Shown here piece by piece: positions 1 through 14,196 of a stretch of DNA of 64,000 bases. The notes beneath the pieces are model-generated. The model had not been told where the DNA came from and did no database searches. It saw nothing but the letters and a program-made list of their open reading frames with translations. Source of the DNA: Eledone cirrhosa (Eukaryota); NCBI GenBank assembly GCA_964016885.1, contig OZ024740.1, positions 201,686,001 through 201,750,000 on the forward strand, in the 5' to 3' direction. The position numbers and the translations under genes are program-made. Position 1 is the stretch's first letter. Each line of letters starts with the position of its first letter.

Positions 1-402
1 CAAGAAAAAGTGGACAGGGGCATTTTTGTCCACATTTTCTCATTTCCAAGGGAACTTGACCCAATTTTCTCTTATTTTTAATGATTAACTTATCATTATC
101 GTCATTTGCATTGATACACACACATTTCAAATTTATATATATATATACATACATCCACACAATATAGCAGAGAAATGTTTGTTGGTTGGTTCCTTCATGC
201 ATCACACAAAAATGAAAGCTGACAATCAAAAAGTAAGTACACCAATGGAATAAGGGTATACCCAGGAACGTTTATTAATACTAATTTTTTTTTAAATGCT
301 GACTGCTATTTCTAGTAGGTTGGGAATCAATCATAATGGATTCTCTTTAAACATTAGTTAATGATCGTGTTTCGTGGCCAGCATCTCCGATTCGAACGCT
401 GG

Positions 403-455
<53 letters not shown>

Positions 456-996
456 CTTAAATCATTTTACTTTTATTAACATCATTTCCTGCAGACAAAA
501 CTACTAAAACATTTCCGCGGACAATGGTCAGCAAAACCTGCTGCAACAGCCACCCCACCCTGTGGGGCTCCTGATGTTACTATCTACAGTATATCTCCTT
601 ATAATATATAACCAGCAATTTCTCTGTTTGTCTATCTGTCTGTCCGACAGTGGAAACACGTGCGCGCGTGCGAATGTTTTTTGCGCACGCGTAGAAAGAG
701 AGTGAGAGTGAAAGAAAGAGACTACAAGAGGGGGATAGCGGGAGGGAGAGAGGGGGGAATTGAGGAGTGCTACAGAAACATATATACATTTCTGTGTGTG
801 TGTAATATATATATATATATATATACACACACAGAAATATATATATATACACACAGAAATATATATACATTTGTGTGTGTAATATATATATGTATATATA
901 TATATATACACACACACAGAAATGTATATACATTTCTGTGTGTGTAATATATATATAAACTAGCAGAAAACCACTCGTTGGGCGGTTTTCTGCTAG

Positions 997-2103
997 TCTA
1001 TATATATAAAACTGAGGTTGTCTGCCTGTCTGTCAACTAACACCTTCGGCACACATCTCCTCCTAAACTGTACGTTCAAATTTCGGTGAAATTGCTACAC
1101 TTATAGATGAAGGTCCGGCGGAGATATCGGTCAAAGAAATTTTCAAATCGACCCACGCCAAGGGCAAAAATCGAATTTGTAATGTATTGATTTTTCAGTT
1201 CAAATGTATAAATAGAGATGAGAGACGAGTTATTTCCCTTTTATGGCGTCATTTGCTTATCTATTTATGTTACGTATAAACGACGCGGTGGACCGAGAAG
1301 AACAATTTCATGCAAAGACAAGACCAAGTTTATGGAGTAAATGGAGTCGTTAGACAAATATTCTATTTAAAATAACCGAATGATTTCCAGCCCCGGAGTT
1401 TAAGAATAATGTTAATAAAATTGTAAACGAAAATGACAGGTTATTAAAATAGTTGCTTCTACTTTTGGCACAAAGCCAGCAATTAACCAGTACATTACTG
1501 GTACTTTATTTTATGGACCCCAAATGGATGAAAGGCAAAGTTAACCTTGACGGGATTTTAACTTTGCCTTAAAATAGTAAAAGTAAATAGTGAAGATTTA
1601 GGCCAGTACATACATATGCGCCGACGGACATACACATACATACGTGTGCGTGTGTGTGTGTGTGTGTGTGCATAAACCTTATGCATTTCTACAGTATTTT
1701 CACCAAACTTAAGACACAGGTTACTTATGTACTCCGGATGGTCATGGGCACTTTCATTTTTCCAGATATTGATTATAGGGCCTCCAGGTAGATAACCCCC
1801 GTTAACCACTTCCTTGGAGTCGACTGAAGCACTGCAGTGCAATGCAAAAAAAGTCATATCTTCTGGAGTTCGAAACCGATTTTCACAAAACTTGACACAT
1901 GGGCTACGTTTGTTCTACAAATGAATGTGAACTCTCAGAATTGGCACATATTGAGTAGGGGACCCCTGGGGGCAGGAACCCCCTTTTGGAAAAAGCCGAT
2001 GATTTTGTAAAAGTATAGTTTTCCAAGCAGCACTGAAGTATAGACATAAATGGTATACATAACTGGTATTTAATACCTGAGCAACGCCGGGTACCTCTGC
2101 TAG
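997..2103 (+). mobile_element. Non-autonomous Helitron-like element (contains a SINE fragment at about 1450-1562)
   Basis: 5' TCtatatatataaaactgaggttgtctgcctgtctgtc; 3' GC-rich hairpin cctgagcaacgccggg followed by CTAG|t. Confidence 0.75.
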
Positions 2104-3319
2104 TTACTATATAAATATATCAATAAAACCCTAGTCAATGAAACATTGGCATTATCTTCATGAGAATGCTCAGCCTTTTCAATGATTGCAGTTTGTAAAT
2201 GAAGGCAATACACAATTGGATCTCTCTCCCACCTTTGTCTCTCTACCTCAGACAAACATCCTTTGTCCTCATTATTATTATTATTATTGATGTTGTTATC
2301 ATTATAATTGCTATTATTTTCTACCATTTTCCTGCTTTCTATATAACTCCTTCATGTATCCAGTGTTGTTGTATAACAGGTTTTCTCCATCAGGCCTTCT
2401 CTACCACTGACACCTTAACCAACACCACCATCACATTGCTAATCTCCCAATACATTCTCATTATGTGTGGAATGTACAACTTCCTTAATCTACAAAACAA
2501 TGCTTATAACTCACACATGCACACACATGTGCATGTGTGAGTGTATGTGCATGCACACACAGACACACACACACTGTACCTATCTCCATGTGGTTCATGT
2601 ATATTGTTTTCTAAAGCATAATAAAACAACAACTAACCCTTATTGATACACACATACACACTGACACATTGTTGATATGTTTAGAAACAGTAAAAGCTAA
2701 TCTATAATTTCGCGCGCGCGTGTGTGTGTGTGTGTGTGTGTCTTTTTTACTCACTATCATATATATATGTGTGTGTGTGAGAAAGGGAGATTGTACCTTC
2801 AACTACAAAAACATATATATTAGAAAGAGTAAACAAGAAACAGAGAGAATGAGAGATAGGGGGGAAAGATGTGTGTGTGTGTGTGCATGTATATACAGAT
2901 TTATGTTTGATTGCCTATGGTTGTCTATCAAATACACATGCACACATACACACACACACACACACACAAAGATACACCTACAGAAATGCACCATCTGTTG
3001 GTTTCAACAATAGTATTGATCAACTGGACTACCTACTTATTGAACTATAAATGGCTGAGTTTTCCAGACATGTGTACCTAAATAATCAACATGACACAGT
3101 TAGTGAGCAAAGGCTGCACCTCAGAATTACAGATACAATCCAGCCAATGGACTTCAACACAGTGTCTTTTCTACACCATTCCATGCACAAAGGCAAAAAT
3201 AAGAGACACTTTCCCAAGATATCATGCAGTGAGATAGAACATAGTACTTCATGTTTACAAACTTATTAACTACTTTTCTATGCTTGCACCACTCATACAT
3301 ATACATACATTTTACATAT

Positions 3320-4508
3320 CATCATCATCATCATCACCACTGTTTTACGTCCGTTCTTCCACGCTAGCATGGGTTAGACGGGTTGTCCTGTTGTGGGCAG
3401 TGTCTGGTCGACTGACCATGCCTTGCTCATACAGGAACTGATTTGGCTTGATTTCTACAGCTGGATGCCCTTCCTAACACCAACCTCATTTACAGTGAGT
3501 GCTGGGTGCTTTTTCCGTGGCGCCTACACGTCCACTTTACAGTGTGGGCTGGGTGCTTTTTTGCCGTGGCACCTCCACGACCACCTTGCAGTGGGAGGGT
3601 GTGGGGCATATTGTCTATATGCTTCAGCTTGTACCCATGGGAGGTCGGGTACTCTGTATTACTGCGTGACGCCAGAGGTCACGGTCGTGTGTGATCGCCT
3701 TTGAGAGGTGTAATTGGGTAAGGTCGGCTTTTATCACCTCATCCCAGGTCATCTTGGGTCTCCCCACTCCGCGGTTTCCATCGACTTCTAGTGCTCTGCA
3801 CCTTTTTATGCAGCTGTCATCCTTCATACGCATCACATGTCCATACCAATGCATCCGCTTCTCCTACACACAGCATTTGATTCCTCTTATGCTCAGTCTC
3901 TCTCAATTCATTTATGTTTTGCCGTTTGCGTATATTACTATTACACATCCATCGAGCATGCAGGCTTCGTTTCTATCTAATCTACGTAAGTCTTCCACCT
4001 TCAGCACCCAGGTCTCACTACCATGTAACATTGCTGTTCGTATACACGCATCATACAGACTGCCTTTCATTTTGAGGGAGAAGCCTTTTGCAGCTAGCAG
4101 TGGCAGTAGTTCCCTGAACTTCTTCCATCCCGTTCTTACCCTAGTTATTGTACTTTCTGAACACCCACCTCCGCTGCTAATTCGGTCACCTAGGTAGCAG
4201 AAGCTGTCTACTGTTTCTACAGAGCCCTCCCAGAGAGAGATTGGTGGTACTTGTTTCCTGCTTGCTGTCTCAGTACAGCTGCTGCATGTGAAGCCTACAT
4301 TCTTAATGAGATCCCGCTACATCTCTTGTGTACCCATTGTTTGCATTTGGGGCAGAGAATGGAGTTCCTACCTACACCTTTTCTACATACTGAGCAAGGC
4401 CATTTCCCTGGGGGGATCTGGGTTCTGTTTTCTCGTCTACTTACAAGGACCTTAGTCTTTGTCATGTTGACTTTGAGACCCTTTCTTTCTAGTCCCTTTC
4501 TTTCTAGT
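3320..4508 (-). mobile_element. RTE-clade LINE (subfamily B), 5'-truncated, with about 61-bp flanking direct repeats
   Basis: Reverse complement of the 59036 copy. (CAT)n tail at about 3320. Direct repeats at 3259-3319 and 4519-4579. Confidence 0.93.
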
Positions 4509-5579
4509 TTATATATATAAACTTATTAACTACTTTTCTATGCTTGCACCACACATACATATACATACATTTTACATATATATAAACTTATTAACTACTT
4601 TTCTATGCTTGCACCACACATACATACATATATATACAGAAACAAGTACAAATATGTATCTTTGTATTTAAACAAATTTGTATATACACATCTGCATGCA
4701 TATATGCTTACACATGCATATATAAACACATGTCTAACCCATATTAGCGTGGAAAGGGAACATATAATAATGATGATGTGTACAGATATACATAATACAC
4801 ATATATACACATACATACAGCACTTTAGATTATGGTTATAAGTCTGCTGAATAAGAGTTGACCCGAGGTTAAACAACTATATCACTCATAATTGAGAATG
4901 ACTTGGTAGTATGTATCATGGTTTCACTAAGGGTTTTAGGTGTTTATGCAGTTACAAGCAAATACAAACACCTTCTCATGCTTCCTCCTCCTTCGGTCCA
5001 GTAGAAAGGGCTACAGCACTGGGATGGTACTTTATCGACCCAGAAAAAATGAAAGTTAAATTGTATTTCGGCAGAACTTGAACTCAATACCCAGTGTTCT
5101 GTCTGCCAAATACTATACACATATTCATACAGGATCATACCTGGAAAGTGTACCATCCAAATAGAAAACCTGTGAAGAGTGGGGTGGCAGACTTATTTTA
5201 ACAAATGAGGTGTGTGGATAAGAAACCAAGGGAAACTATAAGTTACAAAGAAGACGTGGTGGCTGAACAACAAAACCAACTAGTGTTTAGTGCTAAAGCA
5301 GGGGTTAGCTTTGTGAGCCCCGTAACAACACTCTGGCTTCCATTTCCTCCCCATCATTTTTATCTATGTCTCTCCTGGTCTTCCCCTTCTATTAGAGAGG
5401 TGGATAGTATGGATATAAAGAAGCAGATTGTGCAGATTATTCTAATATATTAGATATTTTATATTGGTAGAGTGCGAGATATTTGTCATGTGTGGCTAAA
5501 ATCTGTTGAACATACTCCAATAGATAGCTCAAAATTATTGTATAGGGATAGTTTGAACTTGGAAGCATGTGAGGAAAAC

Positions 5580-5835
5580 ATGACCATCTATATATTGACC
5601 TTTGAGGGATAGGTATAGCTGACTACTTCTATATATTGATTTTATGAGAAGTAAAACTGTCCATCTGTATATTGGAGAAGTGAGAGCTGAACCTGCCAAT
5701 CTGTATACTGAAGGGATGAAAACTGAACTTAACCATCTATATATTGGAGAAGTGAGAGCTGAAGCTGCCCAACAGTATATTGGAGGAACAAGAGATAAAG
5801 TTGTTCAGCTGTATATTGAAGACGTGAGAGCTGTA
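5580..5835. repeat. Diverged 39-bp minisatellite (ccatctgtatattggagaagtgagagctgaa...)
   Basis: The tatattg motif recurs about every 39 bp. Confidence 0.75.
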
Positions 5836-7084
5836 GCTGGTGTTGCTTGCTTTAAACGAGAGTATTTGTAGATACACTAACTCCAAGATTGAACTCATGA
5901 CCAACAGGTAGATTATCACACTTAACTCTTAACCAATGATTATACTGACTATGCTAGTATCCTGTAGGCATTGCTTTGAACAAAGAATCAGTTTAAAATT
6001 CTGAATACATTGTTAAATGCAACAAGCACTTAAAGAATGCCAGAAGGTACAACAGCCAAAAGGTGACTTTAACAATGAAGATCATGACTTTAGCCTGAAT
6101 ATATCAGTTAATAGTGTGTGTGTGTTGGACCTCCATCAGTCAGACATGTGCAGATACAACTCATTATTGCCAGGTAAGTGGACTGAAATAATATGAAATA
6201 AAGGATTTTGCTCAAAGACAATGTGACTGCAAAAATCAAACTCACAACCTGACAATCATGGGCCAAACACCTTAAACCACTAACCCACATACACACACAT
6301 ATACATTTTTTGTGACTACATATGATTATTTAAGTAGTTGTATTTGATTTAATTTGATTAGAATAATCAAATATTAGCGATGCAAGACTGATATGTAATA
6401 CGTACGATGAAACACATGTAAGTCATACTCAATTATGAGTGATATAGTTGTAGAGGTGCCTACTGACTGTAGGTTTAAGTTTGTATGCAAGGGAAGGCAG
6501 GTCTTCTGTATAACTGCATAGCGCCAAAGATCATCATCATCATTTAGCGTATATGTGTGTGTAGAGAGAGAGAACAAATATCTGAAGAAGTTCAGAAGAT
6601 ACAATGACCAACATGTGGCAACTATACCAACCAAGATGACACTAGTGTCAATATATCTTTAGATATTTGTCTTACAATAATATATAGAAAAACAAACAAA
6701 ACAAACACCAATCTAGACCAGATGATGTATTATATCATGGAATATACTGCATCAGCTGTATTGTAGATGGGAAATTACAACAAACACTCAGACTTACTAC
6801 AGAGCCTGAAAGGTAGGTAGGTATACGGAGGTAATACAAACATTAACACGGTATAGTGTGTGTGTACGTACACACACAAAAACATGCATACATATATGTA
6901 TCATCATTTAATGTCCATTTTCCCTGCTAGCAAGAGTTGGACTATATACATACATGCATACATACATACATACATACATGCATGCATACACACATACATC
7001 ATGTAATTGGCAATTGTACAAGAATACAAGAATTACTGTGAAATAAGGAGGGTTGGATGATGGTAACATAGCAATGGTATCATG

Positions 7085-8490
7085 ACAATGGTGATGGTGG
7101 AGATGGCTGTGTTGGGGGTGTTGGCTGTAGTGGTGGTGGTGATGGTGGTGGTGGTGATGGCTGTGGTGGTGGTGATGGCTGTAGTGGTGGTGGTGATGGC
7201 TGTAGTGGTGGTGATGGCTGTAGTGGGGGTGTTGGCTGTAGTGGTGGTGATGGCTGTAGTGGGGGTGATGGCTGAGTTGGGGGTGTTGGCTGTAGTGGGG
7301 GTGTTGGCTGTAGTGGTGGTGGTGATGGTGGTGGTGATGATGGCTGTGGTGGTGGTGATGGCTGTAGTGGTGGTGGTGATGGCTGTAGTGGTGGTGATGG
7401 CTGTAGTGGGGGTGTTGGCTGTAGTGGTGGTGATGGCTGTAGTGGTGGTGATGGCTGTAGTGGGGGTGATGGCTGAGTTGGTGGTGATGGCTGAGTTGGT
7501 GGTGATGGCTGTAGTGGTGGTGGTGATGGCTGTAGTGGTGGTGATGGCTGTAGTGGGGGTGTTGGCTGTAGTGGGGGTGTTGGCTGTAGTGGTGGTGATG
7601 GCTGTAGTGGTGGTGGTGATGGCTGTAGTGGTGGTGATGGCTGTAGTGGGGGTGATGGCTGAGTTGGTGGTGATGGCTGTAGTGGTGGTGGTGTTGGCTG
7701 TAGTGGTGGTGATGGCTGTAGTGGTGGTGATGGCTGTAGTGGGGGTGTTGGCTGTAGTGGGGGTGTTGGCTGTAGTGGTGGTGGTGATGGCTGTAGTGGT
7801 GGTGATGGCTGTAGTGGGGGTGTTGGCTGTAGTGGTGGTGATGGCTGTAGTGGGGGTGATGGCTGAGTTGGTGGTGATGGCTGTAGTGGGGGTGTTGGCT
7901 GTAGTGGGGGTGTTGGCTGTAGTGGTGGTGATGGCTGTAGTGGTGGTGGTGATGGCTGTAGTGGTGGTGATGGCTGTAGTGGGGGTGTTGGCTGTAGTGG
8001 GGGTGTTGGCTGTAGTGGTGGTGATGGCTGTAGTGGGGGTGATGGCTGAGTTGGTGGTGATGGCTGTAGTGGTGGTGGTGGTGATGGCTGTGTTGGTGGT
8101 GATGGCTGTAGTGGTGGTGGTGGTGATGGCTGTGTTGGTGGTGATGGCTGTAGTGGGGGGGGGGGGGGCTGTGTTGGTGGTATTGGTGGTGATGGCTGTA
8201 GTGGAAGTGATGGTGGTGATGGCTGTAGTGGTGGTGGTGATGGCTGTGGTGGTGGTGATGGCTGTAGTGGTGGTGATGGCTGTGGTGGTGGTGATGGCTG
8301 TAGTGGGGGTGATGGCTGAGTTGGTGGTGATGGCTGTAGTGGGGGGGGGGCTGTGTTGGTGGTATTGGTGGTGATGGCTGTAGTGGAAGTGATGGTGGTG
8401 ATGGCTGTAGTGGTGGTGATGGTGGTGTTGGTGGTGGTGGAGATGTTGGTGATGGTGGAGATGGCTGTAGTGGTGGTGTTGGTGGTGAGA
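7085..8490. repeat. G/T-rich minisatellite, 15-18-bp units (gtggtgatggctgta and variants)
   Basis: Roughly 90 units whose lengths are multiples of 3, which explains the low-complexity ORFs on both strands. Confidence 0.95.
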
Positions 8491-9789
8491 GAAGGATGAA
8501 GAGGTGTGTAAAGGGGAAAAATAAAGGTTAGGGGAGGTGTGCAGAACATTGTGATAGAAACCAGACAACCATAACCAATAGTTTCAGTGTAGAGACAGAA
8601 AATATATGTTAGAAATGATAGAGATTGAATTCTAGGAGATAGATTTACCTACTTGGAAGGAAAACAATTTATTTATTTATTCTTCTCATGCTCGGTGGTT
8701 TCTAGTACTCCTTCTCTCTCTCTCACACACACACACATATATATATATATCCATTTATCTATCTATACTTTCTGCTAAATCATTACAGGATGTTAAGAGT
8801 TAATAGAGTAAAGTATACAAGGCCTACTGAAGTATATTAAAAGAATGGCTGGTGAATGAAGTATGAGCCTGCTGTGATAGGCTGCAGAGGGTTAGCAGAC
8901 CAATCCCTCAACCTACAAGATCCTGGACATCACAAGATGCTTAGTAGGTGAAGGGCTATCAAGTTGTAGAGATTGCTTCAAGGAAACTATGGTTCAGGAG
9001 AGTTGATTCACTGGGTAAGTGATAGTGCTACCTGGACATAAGCTGGGGCTTTTATCAACCTTAGTTGGGCCACATGAAGCAGAGGTGTATTAAAATACCT
9101 GATGAACACCTTTTTGAATTCCATGTCTAACACCTATACTTACAAAATCAGAAAACAGTACAACTCCCATGACTTTTGGAAACATTTTATCATACTCAGA
9201 GTTGCTGAAGCATGATAAAATGCACTTTATTTATAACTAATTTCATTGCAGTACCACTTTTAAGGCATTTGGTCATTCATATTGATGGATATTGACCCTA
9301 GTACTTATTTTTCTCTAAATGCTAAATTAAGGGACATAGGCATAGACACTAATGTAACCCACCCACCCCCACACAAAATGGGCTTCTGCAGTTTCTGTAA
9401 TTTCACCAACATGTGTACTTGTTGCTGTTATGGCTTGCACCTATGTTAGTTTCATGAGTCTCTTTTGATATTTCATCTCATAGGATATTTCTTGGGTGTT
9501 TTAGTGATAGGGGGCCCCAGTCATGATAGAACTAATGTCATGATTTTTGAAGGGTGACAGAAAGTAGGATTTGAATTTAGAACACACAGTGTCATAACAT
9601 ATCACAAAGGAACGCTTTAGGTACTCAACAATTCTGCCAATTCACCATTCTGGCCTGGTACTTAGTTTATCCCTGAAAGGGTAATAGATGAACCTGATTT
9701 TAGTGGGAACCCAGAAAGCCAGAACAAGCACCACGAGTCATTTAATCTGATTCATTAATGAAGTATGTTACAGTTGACAACTAATGTTT

Positions 9790-10085
9790 GTGTGCATGAA
9801 CGATGTAGCATGGATGAGCTGAGGGAAAAAAACTGGGCATAAGAGAATTCAGGTGCAGTGTATAAGAAGCTTCTGCTGGTATGGACATACAATGCATAGA
9901 AATGATGATCATTGCTTGATGAAGTTGTACCAGGAAATTGTAGATGAGGAAACTGAAGGCGGCCTAAGTGTTGATGGTGAGAGCTGATCTCAACATACAC
10001 AGAAGATGACAAAGCAACACAAGCCGAGGGAAGCTGTGCTGGAAAAGACCCATCTAAACCATACAAGGATGGAAATGATGATGAT
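9790..10085 (+). mobile_element. Highly degenerate RTE 3' fragment
   Basis: agggaaaaaaactgggcataagagaattcaggtgcagtgt...ctgctggtatggacat resembles the EKLGIRGIRC...LRWYGH region; ends in a (GAT)n tail. Confidence 0.6.
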
Positions 10086-10754
10086 ATGGTAAGAGAGAGA
10101 TAAAAACAAAATAGCAGAGCCTAACAGTGAATTTTAGAAAATGGTGGTCTAAATATAGTTGTTTTAAGCAATAGATATGAGATTAATATACAAATGCATT
10201 GAAGTAATTTTGTGATCACCACAGTGTTATTGTAATCAATGATTGAATACAGTGGCAACAGTCAATGGAGGGTTTTTGTAGAGAACTAGTCAACCATGTC
10301 AACCACTATTAGCACTTAATATTATCACTAGCAACTGGTAGTTCACAGACAGGTAGGTGTACACACACATACAAAGACACATGTACACATACACATATAT
10401 GCACAAACAAACACACACATCAATAATGTTTGCGCTTAATTAGTTTCAGTAAAGTCAAGCACATAATACAGCTGGTGTGAGGCAAAACTTGTTTTCAAAC
10501 ATAATTCAGTCTCAATAATTAGTATGTGGTGGTGGATTGGCAGTATCAGTAGAGGGTTGAACACCATACTTTGCAACATAGAGTTATGACCCTTTATGAT
10601 CTGAGTTCAAATCCCGCCAAGGTGGAAGATAGACGTTAAACGATGATGATGATGATAGTTTTGCCGTTCATCTTTATGAGGGTTGATAAAATAAAGTACC
10701 AGTAATGCACTGGGGTAATTGCTGGCCTTGCACCAACAGCAGAAACAATTATTA

Positions 10755-11209
10755 GTGTGTGGCAGTATAGAGCAGTGTGTGGCAGTGTAGAGCAGTGTGT
10801 GGCAGTGTGTGGTAGCGTAGAACAGTGCGTGGTAGTGTAGAGCAGTGTGTGGCAGTGTGTGGTAGTGTAGAGCAGTGTGTGGCAGTGTAGACCTGTGTGG
10901 CAGTATGTGGTAGTGTAGAGCAGTGTGTGGTAGTGTAGACCAGTATGTGGTAGTGTAGAGCAGTATGTGGTAGTGTAGAGCAGTGTGTGGTAGTGTAGAG
11001 CAGTGTGTGGCAGTGTAGAGCAGTGTGTGGCAGTGTAGAGCAGTGTGTGGCAGTGTAGAGCAGTGTGTGGTAGTGTAGGGCAGTGTGTGGCAGTGTAGAG
11101 CAGTGTGTGGTAGTGTAGGGCAGTGTGTGGCAGTGTAGAGCAGTGTGTGGTAATGTAGGGCAGTGTGTAGTATTGCAGAACAGTGTGTGGTATTGTAGAA
11201 CAGTGTGTG

Positions 11210-11273
<64 letters not shown>

Positions 11274-11570
11274 CGTGTGTGTGTGTGTGTGTGTGGCAGT
11301 GTAGAGGTATGTAGCAATGTGTGGCAGTGTAAAGCATGGTATAGGAATATAGAGGTTTGTGGCAGTGCATGGAAGTGTAGCCATGTATCAGTGTGTGACA
11401 ATGAGGTGGTGTATGTGGCAATGTAAAACAATGTGTGGCAGTGTATGACAATGTGGTGGTGTATGTGGCAGTGTATGACAATGTGGTGGTGTATGTGGCA
11501 GTGTATGACAATGTGGTGGTGTATGTGGCAATGTATGGCAGTGTGAAGGTGTGTATGGCAGTGTGTAGCA
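10755..11570. repeat. 20-bp minisatellite (gcagtgtgtggcagtgtaga) with (GT)n and a 30-bp derivative
   Basis: Tandem units directly visible. Confidence 0.95.
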
Positions 11571-12811
11571 GATGTAATTAATCCTTTTGATACCATCTCA
11601 CTTGAAGCTGTCCCTGATTTATCTAAAAACCTTCCATCATAATTTTATGTAAGAACATTTGTTCAGTTATGTTCCTAACACCAGTTTAATAATAAAAAAG
11701 TTATATTACTACTAAATTCCTTTGATTTCCTAATTGTTTTCAAGTGGAACAACATTAAATAAAGTGTCTTTCTCAGGGAAATGTCCAGGAATGAAACTCA
11801 CAAACTTGCAATCATGTAACATGCCACTCCATATGGGAATCAACTTCACAACCTTATGATCATGAAATACACTGCCTGAGCAAGGAATCGACCTCACAAC
11901 CTCACGATCATAAACCCAACACTCTAACCTCTAGGCCAAGCATCTTCACTGTTGGTAAAACACACACACACAATCATGAATAGTTATATTGCAGTTTGTA
12001 TACAATGCACCTTTGAGGATTGTTTATTATATATAAAAATATAAAAAAGAAGCCAAGAGCTTTTTCAACAGATGAATCTCGAAGTTTAAGTTAAAATGTT
12101 TCAAATATCAGTGAGATAAGATGTCTTAGAAGGATGAGAACAGACGGAATGGTTGTTTTATGTCTTAGAAGAAAATATAGACAGATTATTGTTCCAAGTG
12201 AGAGGAACAATTAACAAGGATTGTTTAATGAAGAAATGAAGACAGGAATTAGTTGTAAAACACATCAAAAAATCTATTTATTCCTCACAAATGAGATTAC
12301 TGGGATGAATTTGAAAGCAAGCTGCTTTTGAGATGTGTAATGTCTTTAAATAAAACACTACTTCACGAATACATGTGAAAGAGAGAGAGGGAGAGAGTGG
12401 AAGTGAGAGGATGAGGGCAGAGTTAAAGGAGAAATTAAAAGATGGAGAGACCAGGCAAGAGACAGAGAGATGGAAAGAAACAGACAAGGAGTAGAGAGGT
12501 ATGAGAGGTAGACAGAACAAAAAGAAATGGTAAAATACTAATAAAACATACAAAAAAGAGACATGGACTTGAGAAATGTGTGTATACATAAAGAGAAAAC
12601 ACACACACACATATACATACACCATGTGGAAGACACCCACATATACACATACAGACACATATACATACACCATGTGGAAGACACCCACATATACACAGAT
12701 ACAGGCACATATACATACACCATGTGGTAGACACCACATACACAGATTCAGACACATCACCCACATCTACATCTACATTACCAACCAATATACATCATGC
12801 AAAAAGAAAAT

Positions 12812-12850
<39 letters not shown>

Positions 12851-13559
12851 TTGTCTGTCTGTCTGTATGTGTGTGTGTGTGTAAAGCCCTTGCTAGCAGG
12901 GAGCGCAGACATTAAAACAATGGTGATGATGATTATATATATATACATCTAGAACATCTTATACAATATTACAGAGGAGTAGATTACTGTAGAACCATGT
13001 CTCCTTAGAGATAAAAAATGATATCCTCTCAACAGTTTCAAGAATAACTGATAGCCCTTCAATAGATTGATATGGCCATCATTAACACAATGAACTTCTC
13101 TTCAGAGGATTTAATTCTGTAAGGTATAAGAAAAGAAAATAATATATATACCCATTAATAGAATTGTGTTCAATCCTTCATTGAACTAGCATGGTGTAAG
13201 AAATTAATCCTGCACTCCTGCGTAGATCTATCAACAAAGTGAATATTTGTATAAATGGACAAAAGTGACGAGACAATATTACAACTAGAAATAACAGTCA
13301 AATATAGATCGTCTTTCAGCTCATAACCGTATAGGTGCTATTGTATGAGATATTCTATACTATATATATATCCACAAAATCTGTGGACAAAATTTCTGTC
13401 TTGACTTTTTTTGAATTGAGATTGAATTATTTTCCCATATCTTACGTTAAATATTTTCCATCTTGACGTTATAGTCACTTATATATTATGAAATACTGTT
13501 GGCTCCTTGCTCACATTAATTTCTCTATTTCCATTTATATATATATATATACCCCTTTC

Positions 13560-14154
13560 GATGTAAAGCTATGTTGGTACCACAACATCCAGTCCTAAAT
13601 AAATGAGGTTATGTAGGTGTCACGACAAAAAAAACACACAGTCCACGCTGTAATGTGGCTGTGTAGGTAACACGGTAAAAAAACTCCCAGTCCACACTGT
13701 AAACGTGGTTGGTGTTAGGAAGGGCATCCAACCGTAGAAAACCCGCCAGAGAGTCCTGAGCAAAACAACCAATCTTGCCTCAAGTGGGACAACTCCCGTC
13801 CTGACCCATGGTAGCGTGGAAGATGGACGTTAAACGATGATGATGATGATGATGATAAATATATATATATATATATATATACACATACACAAAAGTCAGC
13901 TCAAAAGTGACACAGAGGAGACTGAGGTTAGCTGGACATGCTCACCAACATCCAGAGTTGACATTGCACTCAGTGCTCCTGTGGGAGCCCCAACATGGAC
14001 ACACTGGAAGAGGAAGACCAAGGTTAACGTATGTTAATGCCCTAAGGACAGACACTGGTCTGTTGGAGACGCAGGACATGGCAGCGATAATGAGGGACAG
14101 AGACCGCTGGAGAGAACTCGTCCATGGATCTCGGGAATTTTACCCGCCCTAGAA

Positions 14155-14155
<1 letters not shown>
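13560..14155 (+). mobile_element. RTE 3' UTR fragment (about 13560-13857) followed by the 3' end of a different RTE family (about 13895-14155)
   Basis: The UTR matches subfamily A-type UTRs and has a (GAT)n tail. ORF 13907-14152 reads RRLRLAGH...VLLWEPQHG...GRGRPRLTY...DRDRWR. Confidence 0.8.

Positions 14156-14196
<41 letters not shown>

Noticed and set aside
6798-6805. Possible minus-strand microexon cctttcag|GCTCTGTA|gtaagt
   Set aside because: The splice signals look good, but 8 nt is not frame-preserving and does not match the expected next peptide; unsupported without RNA data.
10607-11596. His/Cys/Thr-rich 329-aa ORF resembling a metal-binding protein
   Set aside because: Translation of a 20-bp minisatellite plus a SINE.
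13000-13140. Strong minus-strand acceptor (ttttcttttcttataccttacag)
   Set aside because: All three frames hit stops quickly and there is no RhoGEF similarity.
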